From the NCBI GenBank assembly GCA_951406725.2, contig OX597827.1, forward strand, positions 6,820,001-6,884,000: a stretch of 64,000 nucleotides of DNA, given 5' to 3'. A model generated the notes under the pieces. It was not told the DNA's origin, searched no databases, and saw only the letters and a list, made by a program, of their open reading frames with translations. This document shows positions 1-10,759 of the stretch, piece after piece (position 1 is the stretch's first letter; each line of letters opens with the position of its first letter). The translations under genes were made by a program, and so were the position numbers. This stretch comes from Octopus vulgaris. Lineage: Eukaryota.

Positions 1-289
1 AGTCTCACAAATATTAACTAGTCATTGAGGTGCCTCTAACATCATGTCCAACCATGCAGTCTGTGAAATGTAGAATTGGCACTTCTACTTGGTGATTTTG
101 TTGCCACCGATGTTTTTCAATACCAATGTCAACAACAATCGTGTGACCTGCCTTGACTAATAGCAGCCCAATCTCCAGTAGCCATCTTGAACTTCCTCCA
201 TCTCTTCATTCAGTCACCTAAACTTGAGGAGCTAGGTTCGTATAACAAACCTACAAAACTTTAAATTGTATGGAGCTGAATCTGACAGT

Positions 290-680
290 TACTCTTTTAC
301 TCTTTTACTTGTTTCAGTCATTTGACTGTGGCCATGCTGGAGCATCGCCTTTAGTCAAGCAAATCGGCCCCAGGACTTATTCTTTGTAAGCTTAGTTATT
401 CAATTGGTCTCTTTTGCCGAACCACTAAGTAACGGGGACATAAACACACCAGCATCGGTTATCAAGTGATGTTGAGGGGACAAACACAGACACACAAACA
501 CACACATACACACACACATATATATATATATACATATATACGACCAAATCCACTCACAAGGCTTTGGTCGGCCCGAAGCTATAGTAGAAGACACTTGCCC
601 AAGGTGCCACACAGTGGGACTGAACCCAGAACCATGTGGTGGGTAAGCAAGCTACTTACCACACAGCCACTCCTGCGCCT
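290..680 (-). mobile_element. SINE family A (tRNA-derived, CORE-like body, internal CA/TA microsatellite), full length
   Basis: Minus strand starts AGGCGCAGGAGTGGCTGTGTGGTAAG (A-box-like), has GGTTCAGTCCC (B-box-like) and ACCTTGGGCAAGT, and ends in a (GAGTAAAA)n tail; about 20 similar copies in the window. Confidence 0.9.
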
Positions 681-1548
681 GTTATTCAATACTAATATAT
701 GTACTCTTGGTAATTGTGTTGTATGCCTGATTGCTTCTTACTTTTGTCTGTTTACTTACTTACACGCATACACAAATACACACACACAAACACACACACA
801 TACACATACACAGAATCACACACATACACATAATTACATAAACTTATAAATATAGTAGCCATAAATGTAATTTAGTCAGCCGAATTTTTTTTTTTTTTAT
901 ATTTTTCTTTTAGTAAGATGTAATCAATATATTAGCTGAAGAAACAGACAGCACATCTCACTGTGAAAGTGAAAATATCCACGTAAGTTTTTGGCAACAA
1001 ACAGGAAAATTCTCTTATGAAAACTGTCTATCGAACACATGGTAAATCAAAATCACTGATAAAACAGTATGCAAACAGGACAGAACAGTTCCTCTTCCTA
1101 AATTTAGAGTTTATAAAACTGCACTAAAATAGCCATCATAAACTATCAAAAACGATGATTTATTATTACAAAGTCTCTTTATGGATTTTTAATGAAATTA
1201 TTGGAAAAAGATAGGTTGATGTCTAACCTAGGTGAAGCAAAATGTTTTATCAAATAATGAAATGGTGAAGCTTGAAATAGAACATGTAGCATCTATATTT
1301 TTTCCTTTTTTCTTTTCTTTTTTTGCACTATCAGGCTGCAGAAATAAAATAATAATAAAAAAATAATAATAAATGAATAATTTATCTGACATTGTGTAAA
1401 GAGCAAAATATTTTATCTATTTGTTTTTGAAGAAAAATATTTTTTTTCTGCCCATCATCAATCGTATTCTTTATCTCTTGAAGTTCTAAAACAATATGTA
1501 TGTGTTCACACTTGTGTGTGTTCCTATCTATAATTATATATGCATATG

Positions 1549-1608
<60 letters not shown>

Positions 1609-1671
1609 CACACACAATACACAGAAAGAGAAATATGTATGTATGGATATATATATATATATATGTATGTA

Positions 1672-2075
1672 TGAGGTCTGTTCAATAAGTATCCAGACTG
1701 TTGCCATAGTAACAAAGCTAAACCATGCAGAGTAAAGCCACTAGGCAAAGATTGGCCTTGAATTCTGCTGTGCATGGGCACTAAGTTTTAACATCCTAGC
1801 TCACTTCCGTTGTTTACAGCAATGCTTTGAAGGAAGGTGTGTAGCGTGTGGTTGTTGCATTGACAATGACAGAGAAAGTTTTCATGGCAATACCTGCTCA
1901 GTGGCCTATGCAAGGTTGCAGAAAGTGTATGGAGATGAGAACATGACCCACCCACAAGTGTACGAGTGGTTCAAACATTTCCAAGAACATTCTGGGAGAC
2001 CCACAACCAGAACTGAGAAAAACATCACAGATGTGCATGTGGCTGTGAGGGGAAATCATCGAATCACCATCCATG
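1672..2075 (+). mobile_element. Mariner transposon 5' remnant (TIR region plus HTH of transposase)
   Basis: Begins after TA; translation AYARLQKVYGDENMTHPQVYEWFKHF...HSGRPTT...NHRITI matches the mariner N-terminal HTH; deleted and truncated. Confidence 0.8.
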
Positions 2076-2379
2076 TAAGTACTAGGCTTACAAAGAATAA
2101 GTCCTGGGGCCGATTTGCTCGACTAAAGGCAGTGCTCCAGCATGGCCACAGTCAAATGACTGAAACAAGTAAAAGAGTAAAAGAGTAACAGTCAGATTCA
2201 GCTCCATACAATTTAAAGTTTTGTAGGTTTGTTATACAAACCTAGCTCCTCAACTTTAGGCGACTGAATGAAGGGATGGAGAAAGTTCAAGATGTCTACT
2301 GGAGATTGGGCTGCTATTAGTCAAGGCAGGTCACATGATTGTTGTTGACATTGGTATTGAAAAAATCAGTGGCAACAAA
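2076..2379 (+). repeat. Local inverted duplication of 97-400 (SINE A 3' end plus ~190 bp flank)
   Basis: Reverse complement aligns to 97-400 with scattered substitutions. Confidence 0.9.
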
Positions 2380-2452
2380 GGATATATCAGAGGATAAAGA
2401 TTAACTACAGTTCAGTTCAGGGTTATAATTATGGGTGACAATTTCATATGAC

Positions 2453-2833
2453 ACCGCCCCGACTGGCCTCGTGCTGGTGGCACGTAAAAAGCACCATCCG
2501 TTCATGGCCATTGCCAGCCTCACCTGGCACATGAAAAGCACCATCCGATCGTGGCCGTTGCCAGCCTTACCTGGCCCCCGTGCCAGTGGCACATGAAAAG
2601 CACCATCCGATCGTGGCCGTTTGCCAGACTCGTCTGGCACCTGTGCCGGTGACACGTAAAAAGAACCCACTACACTCATGGAGTGGTTGGCGTTAGGAAG
2701 GGCATCCAGCCGTAGAAACATTTCCAGATCAAACTGGGCCTGGTGCAGCCTTCTGGCTTCCCAGACCCCAGTTGAACCGTCCAACCCATGCTAGCATGGA
2801 GAGCGGACGCTAAACGATGATGATGATGATGAT
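2453..2833 (+). mobile_element. (GAT)n-tailed retroelement 3' end (RTE-type LINE 3' UTR or derived SINE), 5'-truncated
   Basis: ~60 bp GTGCCGGTGGCAC units, GGCGTTAGGAAGGGCATCCAGC, CCAACCCATGCTAGCATGG, (GAT)n tail; many copies in the window. Confidence 0.8.
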
Positions 2834-2999
2834 ATTAATAAACAAGCTTTTGATGGTTTTATAGATATTTCAAAATTATGATGCTATGATGCTAGGTGCT
2901 TCTATTATTATTTTGTCCAACTCCTGTACATATACACATATGACAGGCTTTCAGTTGCCATCAACCAAAGATGCTCATAAAGCTTTGAACAACCCATTT

Positions 3000-3389
3000 T
3001 TTTCCTAGCGGTGTCATATGAAATTGTCACCCATAATTATAACCCTAGTATCGATCTATTGCATTTCAATCTGTTTTAGGGTTAGGGTTAGGGATGGGGA
3101 GAAGGGTATCTTTTTTTCTTCAGAAATGTAAATAAACCCAATCTGTTTCTTAAACGAGGGACACATTCATACGGCACAGAATGTTTTCACCTCAATAGAC
3201 GTCATTGATTGGTTGAAATTGCAGAAATTGAAGAAAAAAACAAATATCTTACAAACTATAGAATTTTCTCAATAAAGCCAAGAGAAAACGATGTTTTATA
3301 AACACATTTCTACCAGTATACGAAATTTAAAAGTGTTTAGTTACGCGGAAATTATTTTTAAAAAACTGCCGTTCAAACCGAAAAGATCC
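3000..3389. mobile_element. Terminal part of an unclassified TIR/fold-back DNA element, with (TTAGGG)3 at 3076-3093
   Basis: End ...CGAAAAGATCC and ~200 bp shared with 7770-7977; shorter match at 5820-5875. Confidence 0.6.
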
Positions 3390-3800
3390 ATTTTGTCTCC
3401 CCTTCCCCTCACTCACTGACTCGTACTTCTGAGAAGACCCGGATAACAGACACTCCCTCTCTGTCAGTTTGTCCTTCCTTCTCTCTCTCTCGACAAATTT
3501 ATTGTGGCATGTCATGGTTTGAGAAGACCGCATGACACCCCTTCTTTGTTAGTGTAGAATTGTTGCTAACTTGGTTCCACTTTTTGACCCGTAAAATTTC
3601 TGACCGGAACAAAAGCAGTCCCATAATTCTTGAGTTAACCAGCTGAAATGTTGGCGGTAAGTTTGAATTTTGTTATCCAAAACATCTGTTTTGCACTATT
3701 ATATTTTTGAAGTGTTCTTGTAACAAAAATATAATCTATATTATATTTCGTTTTTGGATTTGGTTTGCAAGATTCTTTATATGAGTTCGTGTGTTGAAGC

Positions 3801-4051
3801 ATATTCTGTTGTGTCTGGGGAGAGTCATTTTCTTTTTGTGCCTTATAATTCAACACACTCACAGGTAAAATTTCCACTTTTTTCTTATTTTTATTTTCCT
3901 AAAATTTTCGTTGCGTCTTGCAACCTTTTCAATAGTCTTGACGAAAATTTTAGGAAAATAAAAATAAGAAAAAAGTGGAAATTTTACCGGTGAGTGTGTT
4001 ACATTATAAGGCACAAAAAGAAAATGACTCTCCCCAGACACAACAGAATAT
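3801..4051. repeat. Fold-back inverted repeat (111 bp arms, 29 nt spacer) with a degenerate hammerhead-like motif at the apex
   Basis: Arms 3801-3911 and 3941-4051 differ at about 3 positions; minus strand 3898-3935 reads UUGAAAA-G-GUUGC-AAGAC-GCAAC-GAAA-AUU-UUA. Confidence 0.85.
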
Positions 4052-4779
4052 ATTATATTTCTTATTTCAGAAGTAGCTAATTAATCTTAGATTAATTTAA
4101 CTAAGGTTATTTTTCCGTTTTGTTGAAATTGACTTACAATTTACGCAGACACTTACACGTGTGTTCTTATACACGTGTGTTCTTATACACGTGTGTTGTA
4201 GTGCACCTGAGCACTGTACACAATGTTTATTATTATTATTATTATTATATAAGAGCAGCCTTTTTCGAAATGAGTTAAATGTGTGTTATAAACGATAGTT
4301 TTTCGAAAAGAGACTTCGATGGAAAATAATTAATTATAAATGGTGGGAGACCAACACCGAATTTACCTAATTTGCGAAGCTACAAGAAATTCACGAAACA
4401 ATTTCAAGTTACACTTAATAAATTATTCTGTTGGCTTTGTTTACTATTTTGCTTAGAAGAGGGTCAAACTAAAGCGTTTGACCCGGTCATAAAACAAACA
4501 AAAAAATAGAGTAAAAGGTGTAAAACAACTTGCTCTAAACGAATATGACAAAAAAAAATGCGCGCTCGCGAAAGGGGCGGGGCAGAGGCCTCGGAAAATT
4601 CATATCTTCAGTCCATGGCCTTTAAATATTATGGAGTGGAATGTGTGTGGTTTAGTTATTAATATCAATGTCAATACATTAACCAACATCATTGAAGTGA
4701 AATAATAGTTTCTATACTTTTGGTTCGGTACTGCTGAATTGAGTCAAAGACTAAATAAGTCAGCAGAAAAAAAATGCGA

Positions 4780-5725
4780 TATCCATAACAGTAAAGAAAT
4801 AAGACCTCCCCCAAACTGTAACCCTTGTGTTTAAAATCTCCCCTAACAAAAAGAAGAGATGTTGTTTGGCTATGGACTACATTGATCTTTCTATGTTGTG
4901 GTTTAGCCACTATTTACACTATTTTTTTCTTTCTTTTGTGCCCGGGTCAGACGCTTTTCGGTCAGAATGTTTGGAGTGATAAAGGCTATGATGATTTAGA
5001 TAATTTACATATGGCATTGCTAAAGCACGAGCGGTCTCAAAAGGCATATAAAATCTTTGATAGATCTTGAAATATTCGGGAATGTCCGCATAGACTTACA
5101 ATTAGATGCATGTAAAAATCAAAGCATACAACATCATAATGAGGAAGTTAGACGAAACAGATCCATTCTGCAACGATTTAGGCCTCCAGGAATTATCGTT
5201 TTGGGGTCATTTTGAATCGGAAGGCTGTAATAATCGTGGAAATTATAAAGAACTCGTATATTTAATCACTAATTATGACAAAAGAAAGCTGACCAGAAGA
5301 GAATTAATGCATTCGAACTTTGGTGTTGGAGAAGACTTTTACGGATTCCATGGACAGCGAGGCTCACCAATGGAGAAGTTTTTAAGCAGATAAGGCCGAA
5401 AATGTCGCTAGAAGCTAGGATCACCAAGCATAGATTGGCATATTTCGGTCATATTATGCGGAGAAAATCCCTGGAGAAGGACATCATGCTCGGAATGGTC
5501 AGTGGCAAGAGAGGAAGAGGCCGACCAAGAACCCACTGGCTTGACACCATCAAGAGTGATATCGGAATGGACATAGCCAGTCTGATGGAAGCGGCCAAGG
5601 ATAGAACTGACTGGAGGACACTGATCCATCGAGTAACCGAGAGTCGACTTCGACTGAGCGGATAAATAGATAGATAGAATTATGACAAAAAAATGGAAAG
5701 TCATCTAGATGCGGTCCCTGTTATT
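4780..5725 (+). pseudogene. hAT-type transposase remnant (ZMYM1/DUF4371-like region), interrupted by an RTE insertion
   Basis: NVWSDKGYDDLDNLHMALLKHERS and QELSFWGHFESEGCNNRGNYKELV match the hAT (L)AFRGHDES...NRGNF.EL motif; the frame resumes (NYDK|KMESHLDA) after removing the insertion; frameshifted. Confidence 0.8.
5284..5677 (+). mobile_element. 5'-truncated RTE (BovB-like) LINE 3' end with 13 bp TSD
   Basis: Open frame 5282-5665 RINAFELWCWRRLLRIPWTAR...YFGHIMRRKSLEKDIMLG...RGRGRPRTHWLD...ESRLRLSG; (ATAG)n tail; AATTATGACAAAA at 5271-5283 and 5678-5690. Confidence 0.93.
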
Positions 5726-6369
5726 TATGACATATTTCGTTTGAGATACGCGTGTGTGTTTCCTTAAATCCTTAAAAATGTTTTAGCCCGAAGGCCGCGG
5801 CCATGCTGGGGCACCACCGCTGTTTAGTTACAAAAAAAATATTTATTAAATCTGCCGGTCAAAGTGAAAAGATCCCCAACACCAGATTATCCAAAATCGG
5901 AACGTGTTCAGATTTGAGGGAAATTTAGCTGTTCTTTTTAAGTGGGCTACAGTTTAGATATGTTTTTGTTTAGCCCTCGGTAGCACCTGATCGAGCAAAG
6001 ACGTTCCAGACTCCAAACTCTAGCCGTGACAATCCCGTCTTTCTTCCCATGTGCAGGAAATGTAGGACCAGATTATGTAAAGTGTCCTTTTTTTTTTCCC
6101 CAAGACGGCGAAGTTAATGTTTGGGTTAAATTTGGCTGCTATTTTTAGCCGGTCGAATTGTGTTGTGCTGTGGTTAGTGGGACAGCACAGGTAAAACAAT
6201 CAGAAAACAAGCGAAGAACCACGTTTGCTACTCAAAGCAAAACAAACAAACAAAAGCCAGCAACTGTGACCCTCTGGGGTCAAACAGTGTTGACCTCTCT
6301 TTCACCACCACCGCCACCCACCACAAAAACAACAACAACAGCTACAACTTCACAGACGACAGTTTATAA

Positions 6370-6840
6370 CTTCTTTCTCCCTTTCTACTCTCTCTGCTTG
6401 TTTTTCCTTCTTTCTGTCTTTCTCTCTCACTGTCTCGCTCTGTATGACTCTCTCTATGTCTCGCTCTTTCTACTTCTCTTTCTTCTGCTCTATCTGCCTG
6501 TCTTTCTCTCTCTCGACCCCTTCTCGTCTCTTTCTGCCTCCCTCGCCTCCTCTCTTACTTTGCATATATATCTCTCTCTCTCTGCTTGTCTGTCTCTGTT
6601 TCTCTCAAGTGACCGTCTCTGTCCCTGTGTCTCTCTCTATTTGTCTGTCTTTCTGTCTACCTCTCTCTCTCCTATCGCTCTCATTCTTTTTTTTATCTCT
6701 GATTTTTGTCTCATCCTCTGTCTCTCTTTCTGTTTCACTTTCTGCTTCTGTCAGTCCGTCCGTCTGTCTTTCTCTCTCTATCTCTCTCTATCTCTCTATC
6801 TCCTCTCTGTCTGTCTGTCTTGCTTTCTCTCTCTTCATCA
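6370..6840. repeat. CT-rich low-complexity polypyrimidine tract
   Basis: Degenerate (CT)/(CTGT) repeats. Confidence 0.9.
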
Positions 6841-7020
6841 GATGAGAGATGAATGTATTTGAAACTGTTGTCCCTCATGTAAATAAGACAACACGAACTG
6901 ATGACAATATTGAAAGCGATATTAATTGTAGGTAAGCTTTGAATGAGCCAAGATCAAAAACATTCTAGAAATGACCGTTCCGTCTTGTGGCAGGGGATAT
7001 ATATATATATATTGGACTGA

Positions 7021-7442
7021 GATCTTTTCCCTTTGGCCGACAGATTTTAAAAATAATTATGTGTAACTAAACACTTTTAAACTTCGACAAACAAGGCACT
7101 GTCATGGTATTAGCTGTCAGAAGTGAAAGTAGAAAAATCTGACGTCAACTTCGTTAATTTACGCCGTTTATTTACATACCACGTTTGTATATTCTATGCA
7201 TTTATGTGTAAATATAAATATATACATATGCATATACACACATAAATACACACATACACATTCATATATACATACATACATACACGCGTACGTACATGTG
7301 CATGGTGTGTATGTACGTATATACATATGTGTGTGTATGGATATGTGTTTGCGTGTATAAATGTATGTATATATATGTGTGTGTGTCTGTTGTTTGTGTG
7401 TACTGTAGTTGTGTGCTGTTGCTTTCGTTGTTGTTATTGTTG

Positions 7443-7477
<35 letters not shown>

Positions 7478-7977
7478 CGCACAAACATACATATACACAT
7501 GGTGACCCGCATGGTTGCAGTTCAATGACTGAGAAAGTAAAATAATAAGTTTATGCACACACACGCCTGTGTGTGTGTGTGTGTTTGATGTAATTGAGAT
7601 GTGGTGATTGTGCCTGGTTGCGATGGTGGGTGTAAACGAAGGTGGACAAGTGACGTCAACTTGACGTCACACTTTTTCACTTTCCTCCTGACAGCTAATA
7701 CCATGACAGTGCCACAAAAGGCAATATACACTGCCGGAAATTCTTGTTGACAAACAACAGCAGTAATTGTATTCACCTTAATAAACGTCATTGATTGGTT
7801 GAAATTGCCGAAATACGAGAAATTTAACAACATATAGCTTACAAACTACAGAATTTTCTCAAGAACGCCAAGAGAAAAAGATGTTTTATGTGACACATTC
7901 TACCAATATACGAAGTTTAAAAGTGTTTAGTTACAAAGAAATTATTTTAAAAATCTGCCGGTCAAAGTGAAAAGACC
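7021..7977. mobile_element. Non-autonomous TIR/fold-back DNA element, unclassified
   Basis: 7021-7086 is inverted to 7911-7977; inner arms 7095-7150 and 7655-7713 are also inverted; microsatellite core. Confidence 0.7.
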
Positions 7978-8015
7978 CATCATTTCAAATTGATTTGGCT
8001 CAACCAATAGGTATA

Positions 8016-8390
8016 GGGGCTAATGCAGAATCGCACCTCCTTGAAAAACAAATTTTTGTTCCTACCTATAACAGAGATTCCGAATATGCAAAAATATTAG
8101 CAGAATCCGATTTCATCTTTATTACATTTCACTTACGATTTTTAGACTTTTTTAGGGAGAGTGAGGATGGGAAAGTACTGACGTTTCGAAGAGCAAAAAA
8201 AAAATACAAACAATACACTTATTTCAGGCTCATCTCTACAGAGCCATTATTTATTCCCTGCTTATTCTAGGTCATACGAGGGCGATTGCATATTCAGAAT
8301 CTCCCAATATGTGAATCGTAGGAATATGAAAAATTTTTACTGAAAAATTGTCGGAGGCGGGGAAAAGAAATTCATTGCATACCCAACCCC
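8016..8390. mobile_element. Diverged MITE-like element
   Basis: GGGGCTAATGCA...TGCATACCCAACCCC ends; GAGATTCCGAATATGCAA inverted to TTGCATATTCAGAATCTC. Confidence 0.55.
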
Positions 8391-8432
8391 AGAAGTCATC
8401 GCACGCCACTGATATATATACATACATACACG

Positions 8433-8470
<38 letters not shown>

Positions 8471-8519
8471 CATACACACACACCACATATATATATATGT
8501 ATATATATACATACGACCG

Positions 8520-8705
8520 CGTGTGTACCGTTGGCGATTTTTTTTCCTCTGTCTTCCCTTCTCTGGATCTTTCCTTCTATGTTTCCAATGAAGAGCTCTG
8601 CTCGAAACGTTAAATCCTCCTTCTTTCCTGAGCGTCCAATAATACTATATTTGTTCCATGTCCTCGCGTTGTGTTTTTTTTGTGGTTTCTTGTTTGGATT
8701 AACTA
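8520..8705 (+). mobile_element. Short Penelope pLTR-like repeat carrying a minimal hammerhead motif
   Basis: Closely similar to 46362-46550; hammerhead-like motif at 8581-8615; 3' end abuts (TA)n. Confidence 0.75.
8581..8615 (+). ncRNA. Minimal type I hammerhead ribozyme motif, core mutated
   Basis: GUUU-CCAAUGA-A-GAGC-UCU-GCUC-GAAAC-GUU-AAAU; helix II 4 bp, loopless palindromic helix III, CUGA changed to CCAA. Confidence 0.6.
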
Positions 8706-8835
8706 TATACATATATATATATATATATGTTTATGTATGTATATATATATATATAAATATATATATGTTTATGTATGTATATATATATATATATAGGTTA
8801 TATGTGTGTATATATATATATATATATACATACAC

Positions 8836-8875
<40 letters not shown>

Positions 8876-9068
8876 TGTATGTATGTATATATATATATAT
8901 ATATATATGTTTATGTATGTATACACATATATATATATATGCATGTATATATATATGTTTATGTTTATGTATGTATATATATATATATATATATATACAT
9001 ACACACACACATATATATATATATATATGCACATATATATATGTTTATGTATATATGTATGTATGTAT

Positions 9069-9102
<34 letters not shown>

Positions 9103-9249
9103 ATGTTTATGTATGTATATATATATATATATATGTTTATGTATACATATACATATATATGTTTATGTATGTATATATATATACATACACATATATATAT
9201 GTTTGTGTGTGTGTGTAGATATATATATATATACATACACATATATGTT

Positions 9250-9302
<53 letters not shown>

Positions 9303-9472
9303 ACACATACAGACACACATATACATGCACATACGCTTACATTCGTACATGTTTGTGTATCTAAGAGATTGTAATAGACAAGATGTAATCTTTCTTCCGT
9401 TTATGTATGTATATATATATATATATATGTTTATGTATGTATATATATATATATATGTTTATGTATGTATAT
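8705..9472. repeat. Compound (TA)n/(TATG) microsatellite array
   Basis: Recurring ATATATGTTTATGTATGTAT unit with variable TA runs. Confidence 0.95.
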
Positions 9473-9519
9473 AATTATATCAAGGAGAATATGATAGTAT
9501 CTCTGTTGTGATATCCTCA

Positions 9520-9740
9520 TGATAGTTATTATGGTCATCACAGGTGTCAGAATTGTTATCATCACCATCATCATAATCACTACCATAACTACTACTATCA
9601 CAAAGACGATAAGCACTACCACCATTATCATCATCATTGTCCTCATGACTACCATCAATGTAATCACCACCACTACCACCATCATTATTATCATCATCAT
9701 CGTCATCAATAACATAACATGATAAACATTATCTGTCACT
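9520..9740. repeat. Degenerate (CAT/CAC/TAC)n trinucleotide tract
   Basis: Direct inspection. Confidence 0.85.
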
Positions 9741-9748
9741 ATAACAAT

Positions 9749-10300
9749 GTATGCTGTGCGTGGGAAGACCCGGCAGGACAAGTGAGGCCATAACCCGTGC
9801 CCCCTACCTGAGACGTAGCCAGCCCACTTATGCATACCTTTCCTTCTTGTGACACAAACCCTACTTGTGAAGACCTGTTGAGGCAAGTGAAAATCAAAAT
9901 CGAAATCTTTCAACATCAATGGAAATTGTAGCTGAGATACCAGTGCCGGTGGCACGTAAGAGAACCGTCCGAACGTGGCCGTTGCCAGCGCCGCCCCGAC
10001 TGGCCTCCATGCCGGTGGCACGTAAAAAGCACCGTCTGATTGTGGCCATTGCCAGCCTTGTCTGGCCCCCGTGCCGGTTGCATGTAAAAAGCACCAGCCT
10101 CGTCTGGCACCTGTGCAGGTGGCACATAAAAAGCACCCACTACACTCTCGGAGTGGTTGACTTTAGGAAGGGCATCCAGCTGTAGAAACACTGCCAGATC
10201 AGACTTGGCCTGGCGCAGCCTCCTGGCTTCCCAGACCCCAGTTGAACCGTCCAACCCATGCTAGCATGGAAAGCGAATGCTAAACGATGATGATGATGAT
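9749..10300 (+). mobile_element. (GAT)n-tailed RTE-type 3' end, copy extending furthest 5'
   Basis: Starts TATGCTGTGCGTGGGAAGACCCGGCAGGACAAGTGA (YAVRGKTRQDK-stop, resembling an RTE ORF end), then about 4 hairpin units and a (GAT)n tail. Confidence 0.75.
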
Positions 10301-10690
10301 AACAACTGTATGGTGATGGAGTTGGATTTATGAACACTATTTGTCACATTGGCCATTGCTTGGAGCTGTAGTAACATTATGAAACATTTTCTGTCATCAA
10401 TAGTAACCGTTCATAGAGATGTGGTAACACTGTAAACACTCTTGGTTGCCATAGCAACTGTAAGGAAATGCTCTGGCATCTATTTGAAGATGTGACATAA
10501 TGATAATTATTTATTTCCATAGCAACTGTAGGTAGATGTAGCTGAATTATGAACATTATCTGTCATCATAGCAACTCTTTTGACATGTAGCGAGATAGAT
10601 GAGCATTATTTGTCACTGTAGCAACTTTATCGGAGATGTGGGATTTTGGATGCTGTCTGTCGCCATAGTAACTGTAGAGATGTATAGACA
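10300..10690 (+). promoter_or_regulatory. Degenerate ~50 bp tandem repeat carrying RFX X-box-like motifs (putative)
   Basis: GTTGCCATAGCAAC 10445-10458, GTCGCCATAGTAAC 10659-10672 and four weaker variants at ~50 bp spacing. Confidence 0.45.
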
Positions 10691-10759
10691 TTAAGAAGAC
10701 TGAAGTGTCGTTAAACTGTTTTGCAGTTGCTTATTTCTTGCAATCTATTTGAAATAAAA

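Noticed and set aside
466-849. Recurrent ORFs containing RLPNPLTR..SRRHLPK or DRLLSVSVYQIHSQG
   Set aside because: Chance frames through SINE A copies, not a gene family
936-985. CUGAAGA-A-ACAG...CUGU-GAAA hammerhead-like match
   Set aside because: No credible helix III, helix I or cleavage triplet; likely chance
3076-3093. (TTAGGG)3 as telomere or fusion scar
   Set aside because: Very short and internal to a multi-copy DNA element
4560-4595. CpG-rich patch with GC box (GGGGCGGGGC) as a gene promoter
   Set aside because: Only ~35 bp and just upstream of the hAT remnant; probably transposon sequence
6158-6862. 234 aa Leu/Ser-rich ORF
   Set aside because: Product of the CT-rich tract; no recognisable domain
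6898-6916. CUGAUGA...GAAA (also CUGAUGAGAAA near 28364)
   Set aside because: No room for a valid helix II
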